From assembly GCA_004554485.1 (NCBI GenBank), contig SFLS01000003.1:12484-76483 (forward strand): DNA of 64,000 nucleotides, written 5' to 3'. Origin of the DNA: Oscillospiraceae bacterium. Lineage in GTDB: Bacteria; Bacillota; Clostridia; Oscillospirales; Ruminococcaceae. The translations under genes and the position numbers were made by a program. How positions within the stretch are numbered: the first letter of the stretch is position 1; every line of letters starts with the position of its first letter. Positions 49,381 through 58,990 of this stretch are shown here, piece after piece. The notes under the pieces were generated by a model, which had not been told where the DNA came from, searched no databases, and worked only from the letters and a program-made list of their open reading frames with translations.

Positions 49381-49395
49381 TTCCACAATTCGACA
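49381..49395 (-). promoter_or_regulatory. Putative Spo0A boxes in the abrB/spmA intergenic region
   Basis: TTCGACA (49389-49395) = TGTCGAA; near-match TTCCACA (49381-49387). Confidence 0.45.
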
Positions 49396-49446
49396 ATTCA
49401 CATCATATCCGGAAAAATAAGACAGAACAAAGGGGAGAGATCGGCC

Positions 49447-50025
49447 ATGATGAACGCCGTGTTGGTGGGGATGCTTATCTTTTCGGTGGTAAGCGCGGCC
49501 TTCGGGGGGAATATGGAAGCACTTTCGGCCGCGGCGCTTTCCGGCTGTGGGGAGGCCGTGACGCTGGTCATCTCTCTGACAGGGATGCTGTGCCTGTGGT
49601 GCGGCCTGATGAAGATCGCCCAGCAGTGCCGGCTGACCGAAGCGGTCGCCCGTCTGTTCCGGCCGCTCACCCGCCTGCTGTTTCCGGAGCTGCCCGCCGG
49701 CAGCCCCGCCCTGCAGGCCATCTGTATGAACCTTTCCGCCAATCTGCTGGGACTGGGCAACGCGGCCACACCGCTGGGGCTGGCGGCCATGCAGGAGCTG
49801 CAGAAGCTGAACCGGCAAAAGGATACCGCCAGCAATGCCATGGTGACCTTTGTGGTGCTGAATACCGCCTCCCTGCAGCTGATCCCCACCACCTGCGCGG
49901 TGCTGCGGCAGCAGGCAGGCAGCGCCGCCCCCATGGAGATCCTGCCGGCGGTGTGGCTCAGCTCGGTCGCTTCCGCCGCGGCGGCGCTGACCCTGGCCCG
50001 CCTGCTGAGAGGAGGCAGGCACTGA
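49447..50025 (+). CDS. spmA: Spore maturation protein A
   Basis: LWCGLMKIA, MNLSANLLGLGNAATPLG, VVLNTASLQLIPTT. Confidence 0.92.
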   Translation: MMNAVLVGMLIFSVVSAAFGGNMEALSAAALSGCGEAVTLVISLTGMLCLWCGLMKIAQQCRLTEAVARLFRPLTRLLFPELPAGSPALQAICMNLSANLLGLGNAATPLGLAAMQELQKLNRQKDTASNAMVTFVVLNTASLQLIPTTCAVLRQQAGSAAPMEILPAVWLSSVASAAAALTLARLLRGGRH

Positions 50026-50547
50026 ATGGGCTTTACCGCCTGGCTTATCCCACTCATCATTACCGGGCTGTTTGGTTGGGGCCTGGCCTGCGGGGTGGAC
50101 GTTTTCGATTGCTTTTTGCAGGGGGCAAAGGAGGGGCTGAGGACCGCCGCCTCCATTGCCCCGGCGCTGGTCTGCCTGCTGACTGCCGTTACCATGCTCC
50201 GGGCCAGCGGAGGGCTGGCGGTACTCACCGGCTTTCTGCGTCCGGCCGCCGAAGCGCTGGGCTTCCCGGCGGAGGCGCTGCCGCTGGCGCTGCTCAAGCC
50301 GGTTTCCGGCAGCGGCAGCACGGCGCTGCTGCACCAGCTGCTGGAGCAGTACGGCCCGGACGGATTCATCGGGCGGGTCGCCAGCGTGCTGGCAGCCTCC
50401 TCCGAGACCACCTTCTACGCCATTGCGGTGTACTACGGCGCGGTGCAGGTGCGCAGGACCCGGCATACGCTGGTCAGCTCGCTGGCGGGTGACGCCGCCG
50501 CCATGCTGATGAGCGCCCTTTCGGTTCGGCTGTTGCTGGGCGCGTAG
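50026..50547 (+). CDS. spmB: Spore maturation protein B
   Basis: FLQGAKEG, MLRASG, LLKPVSGSG, SSETTFY..AVYYG. Confidence 0.92.
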   Translation: MGFTAWLIPLIITGLFGWGLACGVDVFDCFLQGAKEGLRTAASIAPALVCLLTAVTMLRASGGLAVLTGFLRPAAEALGFPAEALPLALLKPVSGSGSTALLHQLLEQYGPDGFIGRVASVLAASSETTFYAIAVYYGAVQVRRTRHTLVSSLAGDAAAMLMSALSVRLLLGA

Positions 50548-50626
50548 CCGGCGCCGCCCGCCGCCATGCTGATGAGCGCCCTTTCGGTTCGGCTGTTGCT
50601 GGGCGCGTAGCCGGCGCCGCCCGCCG
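50495..50626. repeat. 63-bp tandem duplication of the spmB 3' end
   Basis: Unit CCGCCGCCATGCTGATGAGCGCCC...GCGTAGCCGGCGCCGC repeats with period 63; flanked by CCGCCG microhomology. Confidence 0.95.
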
Positions 50627-50702
50627 GGCAGCCCGCCCCTGCGGGGCGGGCTCCACGGTCTTCGACCGTGGGTTTTGGCTTTGCCAAAACGCCCGGCGGG
50701 CG
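50618..50702. repeat. Four-way-junction palindromic element, copy I
   Basis: CGCCCGCCGGGC...GCCCGGCGGGCG (compensatory A-T to C-G change in the closing stem); arms with loops TGC, TTC, TTT. Confidence 0.88.
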
Positions 50703-50752
50703 TCCGGCGTCCGGCATCATCCGCCGAAAAAACGCCCCAAACCCCCGCATTA

Positions 50753-50794
50753 TTCAAATTTTCTTCATGCTTTTCGACCGTAAAATGCTATAAT
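50753..50794 (+). promoter_or_regulatory. Extended -10 promoter with 11-bp-phased TTCA direct repeats (candidate OmpR-type box)
   Basis: TTCA at 50753 and 50764; TGcTATAAT at 50786-50794. Confidence 0.45.
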
Positions 50795-50892
50795 CATATC
50801 AATAAGGATCACCGCTGAAACGGCGCTTTTCAAACGCCCCGCGCTGTGGTACAATAAAAAGGAAAGTACGATGCCGCAAGGAGGAAACAAGC

Positions 50893-51585
50893 ATGATGGA
50901 TAAGATTCTGGTAGCCGATGACGACCTGAACATCTGCGAACTGCTGCGCCTGTACCTCGAAAAAGAGGGCTTTGAGGTAGTAATGGCCCACGACGGCGAG
51001 GAAGCGGTCGCCCGCTTTGAAAGCGAAAAGCCCTCGCTCATTCTCTTGGATATCATGATGCCCAAGCTGGATGGCTGGCAGGTCTGCCGGCAGATCCGGC
51101 AGAAAAGCGACTGCCCCATCATTATGCTCACCGCCAAGGGCGAAACCTTCGATAAGGTGCTGGGGCTGGAGCTGGGCGCCGATGACTATGTGGTCAAGCC
51201 CTTCGATACCAAGGAGATCGTGGCGCGCATCAAGGCGGTGCTGCGCCGCAGCGGCCCGGCCGGCGCCGCCGCCAACGAGGTCAAGGAGGTCAGCTACGAC
51301 AAGCTGACGGTCAATATGACCCGCTACGAGCTGAAGGTGGACGGCAAGGTAGTGGATGCCCCGCCCAAGGAGCTGGAGCTGCTGTTCCATCTGGCCAGCA
51401 ACCCCAACCGGGTATTTACCCGCGACCAGCTGCTGGACGAAGTATGGGGCTTTGAGTACTACGGCGACAGCCGTACCGTGGATGTGCACATCAAACGCCT
51501 GCGGGAAAAGCTGGAGGGCGTAAGCGACCAGTGGAGCCTGAAAACAGTATGGGGCGTCGGCTACAAGTTTGAGGTCAAGGAATAA
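50893..51585 (+). CDS. OmpR-family response regulator
   Basis: ILLDIMMP, IMLTAK, GADDYVVKPF, RTVDVHIKRLREK, TVWGVGYKF. Confidence 0.96.
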   Translation: MMDKILVADDDLNICELLRLYLEKEGFEVVMAHDGEEAVARFESEKPSLILLDIMMPKLDGWQVCRQIRQKSDCPIIMLTAKGETFDKVLGLELGADDYVVKPFDTKEIVARIKAVLRRSGPAGAAANEVKEVSYDKLTVNMTRYELKVDGKVVDAPPKELELLFHLASNPNRVFTRDQLLDEVWGFEYYGDSRTVDVHIKRLREKLEGVSDQWSLKTVWGVGYKFEVKE

Positions 51586-51587
51586 GG

Positions 51588-53123
51588 ATGAAAACCCCCA
51601 AAAAGACCCTGATGGGCAAATACTATTCGGTGTGCAGCTCCATTGTCCTGCTCAGCATGGTGCTGGTAGGCGCCATCTTTATGGTGCTTGCCAACGACTA
51701 CCTGCGGGAGGATAAAACCAATCTCCTGCAAAAAAACGTAACGCAGGCGGCGCGGCTGACGATGGAAAACTATGCGTCGCACGAATACCGTTATGTCAGC
51801 AGCGATTCGCTCAAGCCGGTGTATGCCGTGCTGGGCGGTGCCATCGAAGCGGATATCTACCTGGCGGATAACAAGGGAGATATCCTCATCATGGCGCATA
51901 CCACCGACAGCACCGTGCCGGAAAAGGTGCCGGAAACGGTTCTGGATAGCCTTGCCCGCACCGGCAGCTACCAGGGGACCGTCCCCATGACCGGCGGCGG
52001 GGAGGAGCTGCGGTATGTGGTGGCCACCCCTATCGTGGACGGCAACGGGCTGCTGGTGGGCGCCGTGGTGGCGACTACCAGCATGGCCAACCGCGCGCTG
52101 GCGGGCGATATGCTGCAGATGTTCCTCATCGCGGCCATTGTGGTGCTGGTGATCAGCTTTATCGTCATCTACTTTGTCACCGGCAATCTGGTCAATCCGC
52201 TGCGGCAGATGGAGGCGGCGACCCGTGCCTTTGCCAAGGGCGATTTCTCGGTACGGGTGCCGGTGGAAGGCGAAGATGAGATCGGGCGGCTGGCCTCCGC
52301 CTTCAATAATATGGCCACCGAGCTGGCGCTCACCGAATCGGCCCGGCGCAGCTTTACCGCGAATATCAGCCACGAGCTGAAGACCCCGATGACCACCATC
52401 GGCGGTTTTATCGACGGCATCCTGGACGGCACCATCCCCCCCGAGCGGCAGAACCATTATCTGCGCATCGTTTCCGGGGAAATCCAGCGGCTTTCCCGCC
52501 TGGTGCACAATATGCTCACCCTCAGCCAGATCGAAGCGGGCGAGCGGACCATCCAGCCCACCGAAGTGGAGGTCACGGGGCTGGTGACCAGTACGCTGCT
52601 GGGGTTCGAGCAGCGCCTGGAGGAAAAGCACATCGAGGTAGTGGGGCTGGATACCGATGACCGCTACTGGGTGCTGGCCGATGCCGATCTGCTCCAGCAG
52701 GTGGTATACAATCTGGTGGATAACGCCGTAAAATTTATCAACGAGGGCGGCACGCTTTCCTTCGACTTTTATACCGAGGGCGATAATATTATGGTAGCGG
52801 TACGCAATACCGGCACCGGCGTGCTGCCGGAGGAGATCCCCCGGCTGTTCGACCGTTTTTACAAGACCGACCGCAGCCGCAGCCTGGATAAAAACGGGGT
52901 CGGCCTGGGCCTTTCCATCTGCCGTTCCATCATGAACGCCCACGAAGGCGAGATCTTTGTACGCAGCCGGCCCGGCGAATATACCGAATTCGTCTTTGGG
53001 CTGCGGGCGGATCCCGCGCATCACAAAAAAGGGGCCAACCGCAAAGCGCCCCCCGTGGATGCCGATTTTACCACATTGCCGGAAGCCCCAGCTGCCGGCC
53101 GGGAGGAGAAACGCCATGAATAA
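51588..53123 (+). CDS. HAMP-domain sensor histidine kinase
   Basis: Two TM, HAMP, ISHELKTP, NLVDNAVKF, GLGLSI. Confidence 0.95.
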   Translation: MKTPKKTLMGKYYSVCSSIVLLSMVLVGAIFMVLANDYLREDKTNLLQKNVTQAARLTMENYASHEYRYVSSDSLKPVYAVLGGAIEADIYLADNKGDILIMAHTTDSTVPEKVPETVLDSLARTGSYQGTVPMTGGGEELRYVVATPIVDGNGLLVGAVVATTSMANRALAGDMLQMFLIAAIVVLVISFIVIYFVTGNLVNPLRQMEAATRAFAKGDFSVRVPVEGEDEIGRLASAFNNMATELALTESARRSFTANISHELKTPMTTIGGFIDGILDGTIPPERQNHYLRIVSGEIQRLSRLVHNMLTLSQIEAGERTIQPTEVEVTGLVTSTLLGFEQRLEEKHIEVVGLDTDDRYWVLADADLLQQVVYNLVDNAVKFINEGGTLSFDFYTEGDNIMVAVRNTGTGVLPEEIPRLFDRFYKTDRSRSLDKNGVGLGLSICRSIMNAHEGEIFVRSRPGEYTEFVFGLRADPAHHKKGANRKAPPVDADFTTLPEAPAAGREEKRHE

Positions 53124-54324
53124 CCGTAACGAGGAGAATAACTACCGTTGGGATTACCGCGAATACAGCGGCAACTACGGCCAGAACCCCAACCGGGATA
53201 AAACCGGCAACCGGGGGTTAAGGGTGTTCCTGGCGCTGCTGGGCGCCGTGATCCTGCTGTGCGGCCTGTTCTGCATCGGCATGGCGGTGCTGGAGCGCCG
53301 GCAGCCCGCGTCGCAGCCGCCTGCTGTCAATGAGGAGCTGGAGCATCTGCCGGAGATCAACCAGGAGAACAAGCCGCAGGAAAACCTGCCGCAGCAGACG
53401 GAGGACGGACGGCTGACGCCGGTCGGCATCTACAAAAAGTGCGCGGCTTCGGTGGTGGGCGTCGTCAGCAACAGCAGCAGCTCCACCTCGATGGGCAGCG
53501 GCATCATCCTCTCGGAGGAGGGGTATGTCATCACCAACGCCCATGTCGTCAGCGGTATGGAAACATGCGAGATCGTGCTGCAGAACGGCGACAGCTACGC
53601 GGCCGCCCTGGTGGGGGCGGATAATCAGACCGACCTGGCACTGCTGCGGATCCAGGATGTTCCGCAGGGGCTGGTGGCGGCCACCTTCGGCAACAGCGAT
53701 GAGCTGGAAGTGGGCGAAATAGTCGTGGCCATCGGCAACCCTTCGGGGCTGGCGCTGGCCTCCACCCAGACGGTGGGCTATGTCTCCGCCGTCCGGCGCA
53801 CCATTACCACCGAACTGGGCTACACCATGGTCTGCATCCAGGCGGATGTGGCCATCAACCCCGGCAACAGCGGCGGTCCGCTCATCAATTCTTACGGGCA
53901 GGTGGTCGGCATCACCTCCAGCAAGCTGGTGGAGGAAGGCTACGAGGGGATCGGTTTTTCCATCCCCATCAATGACGCGCTGCCCATTCTGGATGATCTG
54001 ATGCAGCACGGACGGGTCACCGGACGGGCGCAGCTGGGCATTATGGCGCAGTTGGTCACCTCCAGCGAAGCGGCCTACTACGGCATTCCGGCGGGGCTGC
54101 GTATCACGTCCTTCCAGGAGGATTGCAGTCTGGATGACAACGGCGCCCAGGTGGGGGATATCATCACCTCCATCGATGGCTGGGCGGTCGCCAGCTTTGC
54201 CGACTGCAGCGATATTCTGGCGCAGCACCAGCCGGGCGACGTCGTGGAGATCAGCCTGTACCGCGCCAGCAGCACGGGCCGCGGAAAAACCTTTACCATA
54301 GAGGCTGCTTTGATCGGCTCGTAA
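53116..54324 (+). CDS. htrA: HtrA-family serine protease with PDZ
   Basis: TM; VITNAHVV, TDLALL, AINPGNSGGPL; C-terminal PDZ. Confidence 0.92.
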   Translation: MNNRNEENNYRWDYREYSGNYGQNPNRDKTGNRGLRVFLALLGAVILLCGLFCIGMAVLERRQPASQPPAVNEELEHLPEINQENKPQENLPQQTEDGRLTPVGIYKKCAASVVGVVSNSSSSTSMGSGIILSEEGYVITNAHVVSGMETCEIVLQNGDSYAAALVGADNQTDLALLRIQDVPQGLVAATFGNSDELEVGEIVVAIGNPSGLALASTQTVGYVSAVRRTITTELGYTMVCIQADVAINPGNSGGPLINSYGQVVGITSSKLVEEGYEGIGFSIPINDALPILDDLMQHGRVTGRAQLGIMAQLVTSSEAAYYGIPAGLRITSFQEDCSLDDNGAQVGDIITSIDGWAVASFADCSDILAQHQPGDVVEISLYRASSTGRGKTFTIEAALIGS

Positions 54325-54555
54325 GCCCCGCCAAAACCGGAATACATAGCAAAACGCAAAAAGGCCATGGCAGCGGAATCTGCCGTGGCCTTCTTTACAG
54401 GCAGCCGGGGATGGGGCGGCCGCCCCGGCGTCAAAAGGGCAGCCGTCCCCTGCAGCCACACCGCGGGGAGCAAACCAAAAGCCCAGAGCGCTGAAACGCC
54501 TTGGGCTTTTCCTTTTTATTTACGGGCAGCAAAGAAAGGGCGGTCTGATCCGGTG

Positions 54556-55782
54556 TCAAAACGGCGCGGCGCCGCCGGCCGGCTCGGGGGCAAAGCCCAC
54601 CTTGATAACCGGCGTTGTGTATTCGCCGCCGCAGGGGGCGACCCCCGGGGTAAAGGCATGGTACAGATCACCGGCGCGCGCTTCCAGCGCAGCAAAGCGG
54701 GCAGCGGCTTCCCCCACAGCGGAAAGCTCCGCCAGCGAAGCGGAAAGCGGCAGGGTACGCTCCTTCTTGGCGGCAGCCAGGATCTCGGCGCCGCGGGGGG
54801 TAAAGCCCAGCACCCGCAGGTAGGGCGGGGGCGCGGCCGAAAGTCCCCGGGGCAGCCCCAGCATGGCGGCCAGAAGGATACGGCGCAGCCGCGCGTGGCT
54901 GTACCGTTTGGCTTTGGCCAGCGCCAGCAGCTCCTCCACCGAACGGGCGGTGCGGGCGGCGCGGTACAGGCGATGCTCCAGCCCCTCGGTCACGTCCGGC
55001 AGGGCAGCAAGCTCCGCCTCCTCCATGGTGCGCAGCCGGGCCAGCATGGCACGCTGCCACAGGTCCCGCTCCGGAACGGCACCCTGTTCTCCGGCCCGTC
55101 GGAGCTGCCGCGCCATGGCGGGCGGCAGCCAGGGTGTGATATCCTCGCCGTCCCGGTACCGCTGCCGCAGCAGCGAAGCGGAGGGCAGCCCCGTCTCCCC
55201 GCAAAGGGAATCATGGGCGGCGCCCTGTCGGGGCAGGGTCAGCGGAGCGATATCCGAACCCAGCCGGGCCAGCGCCCGCAGATATTCGATGGCAAGGATG
55301 TTGTTAGGGGAGGAGAGCAGCGCAGCGGGACCGGAGCCCAGCAGCTGAGCCACGGCGGCTTGCCGCGCGGCCGCAAAGGGCAGACCCGCCGCCAGATGCG
55401 GCGCCAGCGCCGCGGGCAGGGCGGGGGATTGCAGCACGGCGGCAACGGCCTGCAGGGCGGGCAGATCGCCGCATTCGCTGCCGAAAACCAGCATGTCGAC
55501 GCAGCCCAGGGCGGCCAGGATTGCCACGGCGCCGCCGGCAAAATGCTCGGCGGTGGCGGTGGCGTAGGGCAGCGGAAGCTGCAATACCAGGTCAACGCCG
55601 CTGTGCAGAGCGGCGGCGGCGCGGTAGGGCCAGGGGCACAGGGCGGGTTCGCCCCGCTGCACATAGTTACCGCTCAGGATGGCCACAATATGGGTGGCGC
55701 CCCGTCGTCTGGCTTCCCGAAGGGGCAGCAAATGCCCCCGGTGCAGCGGGTTCCACTCCGCAATGATCCCGGCGACCTGCAT
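54556..55782 (-). CDS. tmcAL: tRNA(Met) cytidine acetate ligase (YlbM)
   Basis: GIIAEWNPLHRGH, SGNYVQRGEP, FGSE, PNNILAIEY, YLRVLGF. Confidence 0.9.
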   Translation of the reverse strand: MQVAGIIAEWNPLHRGHLLPLREARRRGATHIVAILSGNYVQRGEPALCPWPYRAAAALHSGVDLVLQLPLPYATATAEHFAGGAVAILAALGCVDMLVFGSECGDLPALQAVAAVLQSPALPAALAPHLAAGLPFAAARQAAVAQLLGSGPAALLSSPNNILAIEYLRALARLGSDIAPLTLPRQGAAHDSLCGETGLPSASLLRQRYRDGEDITPWLPPAMARQLRRAGEQGAVPERDLWQRAMLARLRTMEEAELAALPDVTEGLEHRLYRAARTARSVEELLALAKAKRYSHARLRRILLAAMLGLPRGLSAAPPPYLRVLGFTPRGAEILAAAKKERTLPLSASLAELSAVGEAAARFAALEARAGDLYHAFTPGVAPCGGEYTTPVIKVGFAPEPAGGAAPF

Positions 55783-56025
55783 GGCGTCCGCCCCCTTTCC
55801 CTAAAGACTAAAAAAGCAGCGGGGCAGAGAAGGAACCCCTGTCCCCGATGCGCTGTTTTTCTTTTATAGCAAAAAAGCTATTATAAAATTGCAAAAAAGT
55901 GATGAAAAAGCCGCTTGCATTATTGACAATCCAGCCTGTTTTCAATAATATTAGATACATATTCCGGTGTCAAGCCCCCGGCGGCGTCGGCCGCGATCAA
56001 CACTTTTTAAGGAGACAAAGCACTT

Positions 56026-57213
56026 ATGAACATTCTGGTGATCAACGCGGGCAGCTCTTCGCTGAAGTACCAGCTGATCCGCATGGAAGATGAAACGATC
56101 CTCTGCAAGGGGGTCTGCGAACGGATCGGCATCGACGGTAAATACAGCTATAAAACGGCGGATGGCTACAAGGTGGAAAAATCGGCGGACCTGTTCACCC
56201 ACAAGGACGCTTTCGATGTGATTCTGCACGAGATGGTGGGGGGCGAGGGCCGCGTCATTCACAGCGTTGGGGAGATCGCGGCCGTGGGCCACCGGGTGAC
56301 CCACGGCGGGGACAAGTTTTCCCACTCGGTCCTGATCGACGAGGCGACCATCGAAGCCATCAACGCAATGCGTTCCATCAGCCCGCTGCACAACCCTCCC
56401 CAGGCGGCTACCATCCGGGCCTGCCGCAGCGTTTTTGGGGAAAAGCTGCCCATGGTGGCGGTCTTTGATACCGCGTTCCACGCCACGATGCCCCCCAAAG
56501 CCTATACCTTTGCCATTCCGTATAAGTACTACGAGCAGTACGGTGTGCGCCGCTACGGCTTCCACGGAACCAGCCACCGCTATGTCAGCGGACGGATCGG
56601 GGAACTGATGGGCGGCCAGCCGCACCGGCTCATCACCTGCCATCTGGGCAACGGCAGCTCGCTGGCCGCCATCCGGGATGGCCGGGTCGTGGATACCTCC
56701 ATGGGCTTTACGCCCCTGGATGGCTTGATGATGGGGACCCGCTGCGGCAGCATCGATCCCTCTATCGTTTCCTACATCGCTAATCTGGAAAATCTCCACG
56801 AAAGCGAGATGTCCCATCTGCTCAACGGGGAATCCGGTCTGCTGGGCGTTTCCGGTGTTTCCAGCGACTTCCGGGACGTCCTGGAGGCGGCGGAAAACGG
56901 CAACAAGCGGGCGCAGCTGGCGGCCGATATGCTGGAGTACCAGATCGTTAAGCTGATCGGCAGCTATGCGGCGGCGCTGGGCGGCGTGGATGCCATCCTG
57001 TTCACCGGCGGTATCGGGGAAAACGCCGTCGACCTGCGGGAACAGGTGATACGGGATCTGGCCTATCTCGGTGTGACTCCCGACAGCGAGGCCAACCGGA
57101 GCCGCGGCGAGGAGGTACGCATCTCCGGACCGGACAGCAAGGTGCAGGTCTGGGTCGTCCCCACCAACGAAGAGATCATGATCGCGCGCGATACCGCGTC
57201 GTTTGTGCAGTAA
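56026..57213 (+). CDS. ackA: Acetate kinase
   Basis: ILVINAGSSSLKYQL, GHRVTHGG, YGFHGTSH, HLGNG, FTGGIGEN, PTNEE. Confidence 0.96.
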   Translation: MNILVINAGSSSLKYQLIRMEDETILCKGVCERIGIDGKYSYKTADGYKVEKSADLFTHKDAFDVILHEMVGGEGRVIHSVGEIAAVGHRVTHGGDKFSHSVLIDEATIEAINAMRSISPLHNPPQAATIRACRSVFGEKLPMVAVFDTAFHATMPPKAYTFAIPYKYYEQYGVRRYGFHGTSHRYVSGRIGELMGGQPHRLITCHLGNGSSLAAIRDGRVVDTSMGFTPLDGLMMGTRCGSIDPSIVSYIANLENLHESEMSHLLNGESGLLGVSGVSSDFRDVLEAAENGNKRAQLAADMLEYQIVKLIGSYAAALGGVDAILFTGGIGENAVDLREQVIRDLAYLGVTPDSEANRSRGEEVRISGPDSKVQVWVVPTNEEIMIARDTASFVQ

Positions 57214-57292
57214 GCATACTTAGCACAGCAGGCGCCGCCGTCCGTTCCGGACGGCGGCGCCTGCCTCCTTTCCGGCAGTCCGCGCAGGGGGA

Positions 57293-57387
57293 AGGCCCGC
57301 CCGCAGGGCAGCCGCCCCCTGATGGGGGGCGGCTGGCGGCTTTCGCCGCCTGCTCCGGCGGAGCCGGAGCGCCCTGCGGGCGGGCCT
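57293..57387. repeat. Four-way-junction palindromic element, copy H
   Basis: 17-bp closing stem AGGCCCGCCCGCAGGGC/GCCCTGCGGGCGGGCCT; arms with loops TGATG, TTTC, GGA. Confidence 0.88.
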
Positions 57388-57403
57388 GCGGTTTTGCGCA
57401 GGC

Positions 57404-57619
57404 TCAGTGCCCGTGCTCACCCATCGGCTCTTCCTCCCGGAACAGCAGCGAGATGCACCAGATGCCGGCCAGCGCAACAAGGGTGTAGATGATGCGCACC
57501 AGGATGGTTCCCTGGCCGCCGCAGATCCAGGCGACGGTATCAAAGCGGAAAAGGCCGATGCCGCCCCAGTTCAGGGCGCCGATGATGACCAGTGCCAAAG
57601 AGATCTTATCCATTACCAT
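57404..57619 (-). CDS. DUF378 (YuzA-like) membrane protein
   Basis: LVIIGALNWGGIG..FD.VA...RIIYTLVALAG. Confidence 0.88.
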   Translation of the reverse strand: MVMDKISLALVIIGALNWGGIGLFRFDTVAWICGGQGTILVRIIYTLVALAGIWCISLLFREEEPMGEHGH

Positions 57620-57785
57620 AGCAAGCAGAAGCTCCTTTCTTTTTCGCTCCGGTCAGCCGGAGCGTTCGGGAATAGTCTGCCCGCATGGCAAAAGGCTTAT
57701 TCATCGCCCAAAAATCACGCGGAGGAATGGCGTTTGTGCCAAAGCGGTGGTATGATGAAAAAAAGCGAAAAACGGAGGCGCAGCC

Positions 57786-58589
57786 ATGATCTTCGATACC
57801 CATACCCACAGCAAATATTCCGCCGACAGCAGCGCCGAACCGCGGGAAATGCTGCAGGCGGCGCTGCGAAGCGGTCTGGCAGGGCTGTGCGTCACCGACC
57901 ATTTCGACTGCGACCGCATCCCCGGATTCTGCACGCTGGAAAACCTGAGGGCAGCCAAACGGACCTTCGATCCGCTGCAGCAGCAGTACGCCGGCCGGCT
58001 GACGGTGCTGCGCGGGGTAGAGCTGGCGCAGGGCGTGCTGTGCCCCAACGAAGCCGGGGTGGCGCTGGCGCTTACCGATTACGACTATGTACTGGGCAGC
58101 CTGCACGCGGCCCGCTGGCGTCAGGACTATTATTTTATGGATTACCGCCGGCCTCCGCAGCCGCTGCCGCAGCTGGTGCGGGAATACTTCGAAGCCTGTC
58201 TGCAGCTGGCCCGCTGGGACCGGGTGGATGCCATCGCCCACCTGGGCTATCTCAGGCGCTATGCCGCCCGCGACGGCGTATCGCTGGATTACACCCCCTG
58301 TCGGGAACTCATCGATCAGATCCTCCGAACCCTCATCGAAACCGGCAAGGCGCTGGAGCTGAACACCTCCGGCTTCCGCTACGGCCTGCCGGAGTGGATC
58401 CCCGATATCGGGGTCTGGCGGCGCTACCGCGCCCTGGGCGGGGAGCTGGTCACCATCGGCAGCGACGCGCACCGCCCCTGCGATATCGGTGCGGGCCACC
58501 GGGAGGCGCAGGCCCTGCTGCGGGAGCTGGGCTTTCGGTGGTTCTGCTACTACCGCGCCCGCCGGCCGGTTATGGCGCCGCTGGAGTGA
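57786..58589 (+). CDS. PHP-family phosphatase (HisJ-like)
   Basis: DTHTHSKYS, VTDH, DYVLGSLH, LELNTSG, TIGSDAH. Confidence 0.85.
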   Translation: MIFDTHTHSKYSADSSAEPREMLQAALRSGLAGLCVTDHFDCDRIPGFCTLENLRAAKRTFDPLQQQYAGRLTVLRGVELAQGVLCPNEAGVALALTDYDYVLGSLHAARWRQDYYFMDYRRPPQPLPQLVREYFEACLQLARWDRVDAIAHLGYLRRYAARDGVSLDYTPCRELIDQILRTLIETGKALELNTSGFRYGLPEWIPDIGVWRRYRALGGELVTIGSDAHRPCDIGAGHREAQALLRELGFRWFCYYRARRPVMAPLE

Positions 58590-58825
58590 CCCGCTCCCCG
58601 GCACGGCGCCGACCCGCGGAAAAACCCGCCGTACAAAGGAAAAAGGCTTGACTTTGGGATTGCATCTATGCTATGATGTCATTACCTCTCGGAGAAGGGC
58701 CTTTTTTTCGTGCGTGTTTTTGGCCGTTTGGCCGTTGCTTTTTCCACACGGAAAAACCGCTGTTCCTTCTCGCCACAAAGAGGGAGGCAAAAGAAATCCG
58801 AAGTCAAATAGGAGGTGCCGACTAA

Positions 58826-58975
58826 ATGAGAGTCAAGATCACTCTGGCTTGTACCGAATGCAAGCAGCGCAATTACAACACCATGAAAAACAAAAAGAAC
58901 GATCCCGACAGACTGGAAATGAACAAGTATTGCCGCTTCTGCCGCAAGCACACCGTTCATAAGGAAACCAAATAA
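58826..58975 (+). CDS. rpmG: 50S ribosomal protein L33 (zinc-ribbon form; not in the ORF track)
   Basis: [49 protein letters not shown]. Confidence 0.97.
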   Translation: MRVKITLACTECKQRNYNTMKNKKNDPDRLEMNKYCRFCRKHTVHKETK

Positions 58976-58990
58976 GGAGGAGTGCAACAG

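Noticed and set aside
15464..57387. Junction elements as tRNAs, riboswitches, terminators or CRISPR repeats
   Set aside because: No D/T-loop motifs or CCA, triloops rather than 7-nt loops, no U-tract, no conserved unpaired ligand pocket, dispersed rather than arrayed, and no cas genes.
58680..58820. c-di-GMP-I riboswitch upstream of rpmG (GGCAAA seen)
   Set aside because: The rest of the motif (GAAA-capped stem, GACGCAAAG) is missing.
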